A stretch of 63,398 nucleotides of DNA, counting the filler, from Octopus bimaculoides (Eukaryota), in NCBI RefSeq assembly GCF_001194135.2. It is 6 parts of 5 records of this genome, joined end to end, with 100 filler letters (N's around TTAATTAATTAA, not from the genome) between each part and the next. Parts side by side here need not be neighbours in the genome. Positions count along the whole stretch, not along the records: positions 61,092 to 63,398 come from NC_068986.1; 5 more parts are not named here. One strand, given 5' to 3'. How positions within the stretch are numbered: the stretch's first letter is position 1; every line of letters begins with the position of its first letter. A model generated the notes under the pieces. It saw only the letters and a program-made list of their open reading frames with translations, was not told the DNA's origin and made no database searches. This document shows, in pieces, positions 61,306-63,398 of the stretch. The position numbers and the translations under genes were made by a program.

Positions 61306-62880
61306 TATATATATACATGCTTGTCTGTATGTATGTATGTATGTATGTATATACGAATGAATGTATGTGTGCTTGCATACACGTGCGTGTGCCTTTTATA
61401 TATGCACATTTTCTGAACTTATAAATGTACTTTACATCCTTATCTTAATGAAATTCCCCTCAACTATCTCTATTTAATTTATTCATCGATCACTATAATT
61501 ATATCTGCTTCCTCTCTCTCGCCTCCAACCAACCTATAAACCCTTTGCCTGTACACATGGAAACACAAATCATAAATAGTACCATTTAGACTGCTATAAG
61601 GAATGATGGAAATAATTTTAGTTTATATTGAAGGATGTTTAGAAATTACATGTACTAATTATTAAAAAAACAAAACATGTATATATTATACATATAAAAT
61701 ATGTAATGTATGTATCAGAATGTATGCATTTATATGTATGCATGTATATAAATGAATCTATGTACACAGATACGTTTGCACTTTCCCAATATGTAGTTCG
61801 TCCAAAATTTGTAATGTCCAGCTGTGGAGAGTGTTTGAAGCATACAGGAAAGCATATATACATATGCATACATCATATACGTGTGTGTGTGCATGTGTGT
61901 ATGTGTGTGTGTGTGTGTGTATTATATATATATATATATATATATNNNNNNNNNNNNNNNNNNNNNNNNNNNNNNNNNNNNNNNNNNNNNNNNNNNNNNN
62001 NNNNNNNNNNNNNNNNNNNNNNNNNNNNNNNNNNNNNNNNNNNNNNNNNNNNNNNNNNNNNNNNNNNNNNNNNNNNNNNNNNNNNNNNNNNNNNNNNNNN
62101 NNNNNNNNNNNNNNNNNNNNNNNNNNNNNNNNNNNNNNNNNNNNNNNNNNNNNNNNNNNNNNNNNNNNNNNNNNNNNNNNNNNNNNNNNNNNNNNNNNNN
62201 NNNNNNNNNNNNNNNNNNNNNNNNNNNNNNNNNNNNNNNNNNNNNNNNNNNNNNNNNNNNNNNNNNNNNNNNNNNNNNNNNNNNNNNNNNNNNNNNNNNN
62301 NNNNNNNNNNNNNNNNNNNNNNNNNNNNNNNNNNNNNNNNNNNNNNNNNNNNNNNNNNNNNNNNNNNNNNNNNNNNNNNNNNNNNNNNNNNNNNNNNNNN
62401 NNNNNNNNNNNNNNNNNNNNNNNNNNNNNNNNNNNNNNNNNNNNNNNNNNNNNNNNNNNNNNNNNNNNNNNNNNNNNNNNNNNNNNNNNNNNNNNNNNNN
62501 NNNNNNNNNNNNNNNNNNNNNNNNNNNNNNNNNNNNNNNNNNNNNNNNNNNNNNNNNNNNNNNNNNNNNNNNNNNNNNNNNNNNNNNNNNNNNNNNNNNN
62601 NNNNNNNNNNNNNNNNNNNNNNNNNNNNNNNNNNNNNNNNNNNNNNNNNNNNNNNNNNNNNNNNNNNNNNNNNNNNNNNNNNNNNNNNNNNNNNNNNNNN
62701 NNNNNNNNNNNNNNNNNNNNNNNNNNNNNNNNNNNNNNNNNNNNNNNNNNNNNNNNNNNNNNNNATTAATAAAAATAATATTAGGGACAAAATCCAAAAT
62801 TACAGGTAAAAATTCAATTAAAATCAATTTATAAAACTTAAAATTAAATTGAGCTTTATAGATAAAATATATATAAAATA

Positions 62881-63150
62881 TATAGTTCTAGGGAATATAA
62901 CCAAGTTTCAAGAACTCATCAATGAAAATCCACTATCACATATAGAAAAATTAATAATTAAAGGCACAATAAATAAGTATAATATAAAGTAAAGTAAATA
63001 TCATAATATTATATTATATTTATCTTATGATATTTACGTTACTTTATATTATACTCATTTATTGTGCTTTTAATTATTATTTATTCTGTATATGATAGTG
63101 GATTTTCATCGATGAGTTCTTAAAACTTGGTTATTTTCTCTAAAACTATA
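62881..63150. repeat. 270-bp AT-rich foldback (arms of about 126 bp, 18-nt spacer)
   Basis: 62881-63006 pairs with 63025-63150, e.g. aaccaagtttcaagaactcatcaatgaaaatccactatca versus tgatagtggattttcatcgatgagttcttaaaacttggtt. Confidence 0.9.
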
Positions 63151-63398
63151 TATATATTAATATGTATACTTATATATATATCCATATATATGTATATTTA
63201 CATACATATATGTATGTACATATATACATATACATACATATATTTATATATACATATATGCATATTTTCATATATGTATTTACACATATATGTACATATA
63301 TGTATGTAAATATCTATATAAATATCTATATAAATATCTATATTTATAAATATAAATAAATATATATATGTATATATATACATATGTATATATATATA

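Overview
AT-rich, microsatellite-saturated, gappy eukaryotic genomic DNA. The SINE, LINE and microsatellite landscape suggests an octopod cephalopod draft assembly (inference). Almost all ORFs in the supplied track are microsatellite or N-run artefacts. One gene is well supported: a minus-strand DRAM/TMEM150 (Frag1/DRAM/Sfk1) family membrane protein. Five of its coding exons splice in frame (41796-41743, 37037-36970, 34532-34390, 32304-32139, 29309-29257). Its first exon and last TM6 exon were not found. The intron 32138-29310 carries minor-spliceosome (U12) signals: 5' GTATCCTT and a TACCTTAAC branch point next to the AG. The rest is mobile DNA: at least four SINE-like families, a possible 5S-derived SINE, R4/Dong-type RLE LINE fragments that all lie on the minus strand in or beside (TAA)n tracts, Tx1/L1 3' ends, a Penelope relic, an internally deleted Gypsy-type LTR element, Tc1/mariner relics and MITEs, and a Helentron-like HINE. 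The most unexpected elements are a type I hammerhead ribozyme with an intact core at 45280-45340 (-), a 70-bp near-perfect intronic hairpin, an 85-bp tandem repeat built from joined transposon ends, and a CpG-decay domain that matches the gene body. Repeat boundaries are approximate (+/-10-30 bp). Exon, hairpin and TSD coordinates were counted base by base.
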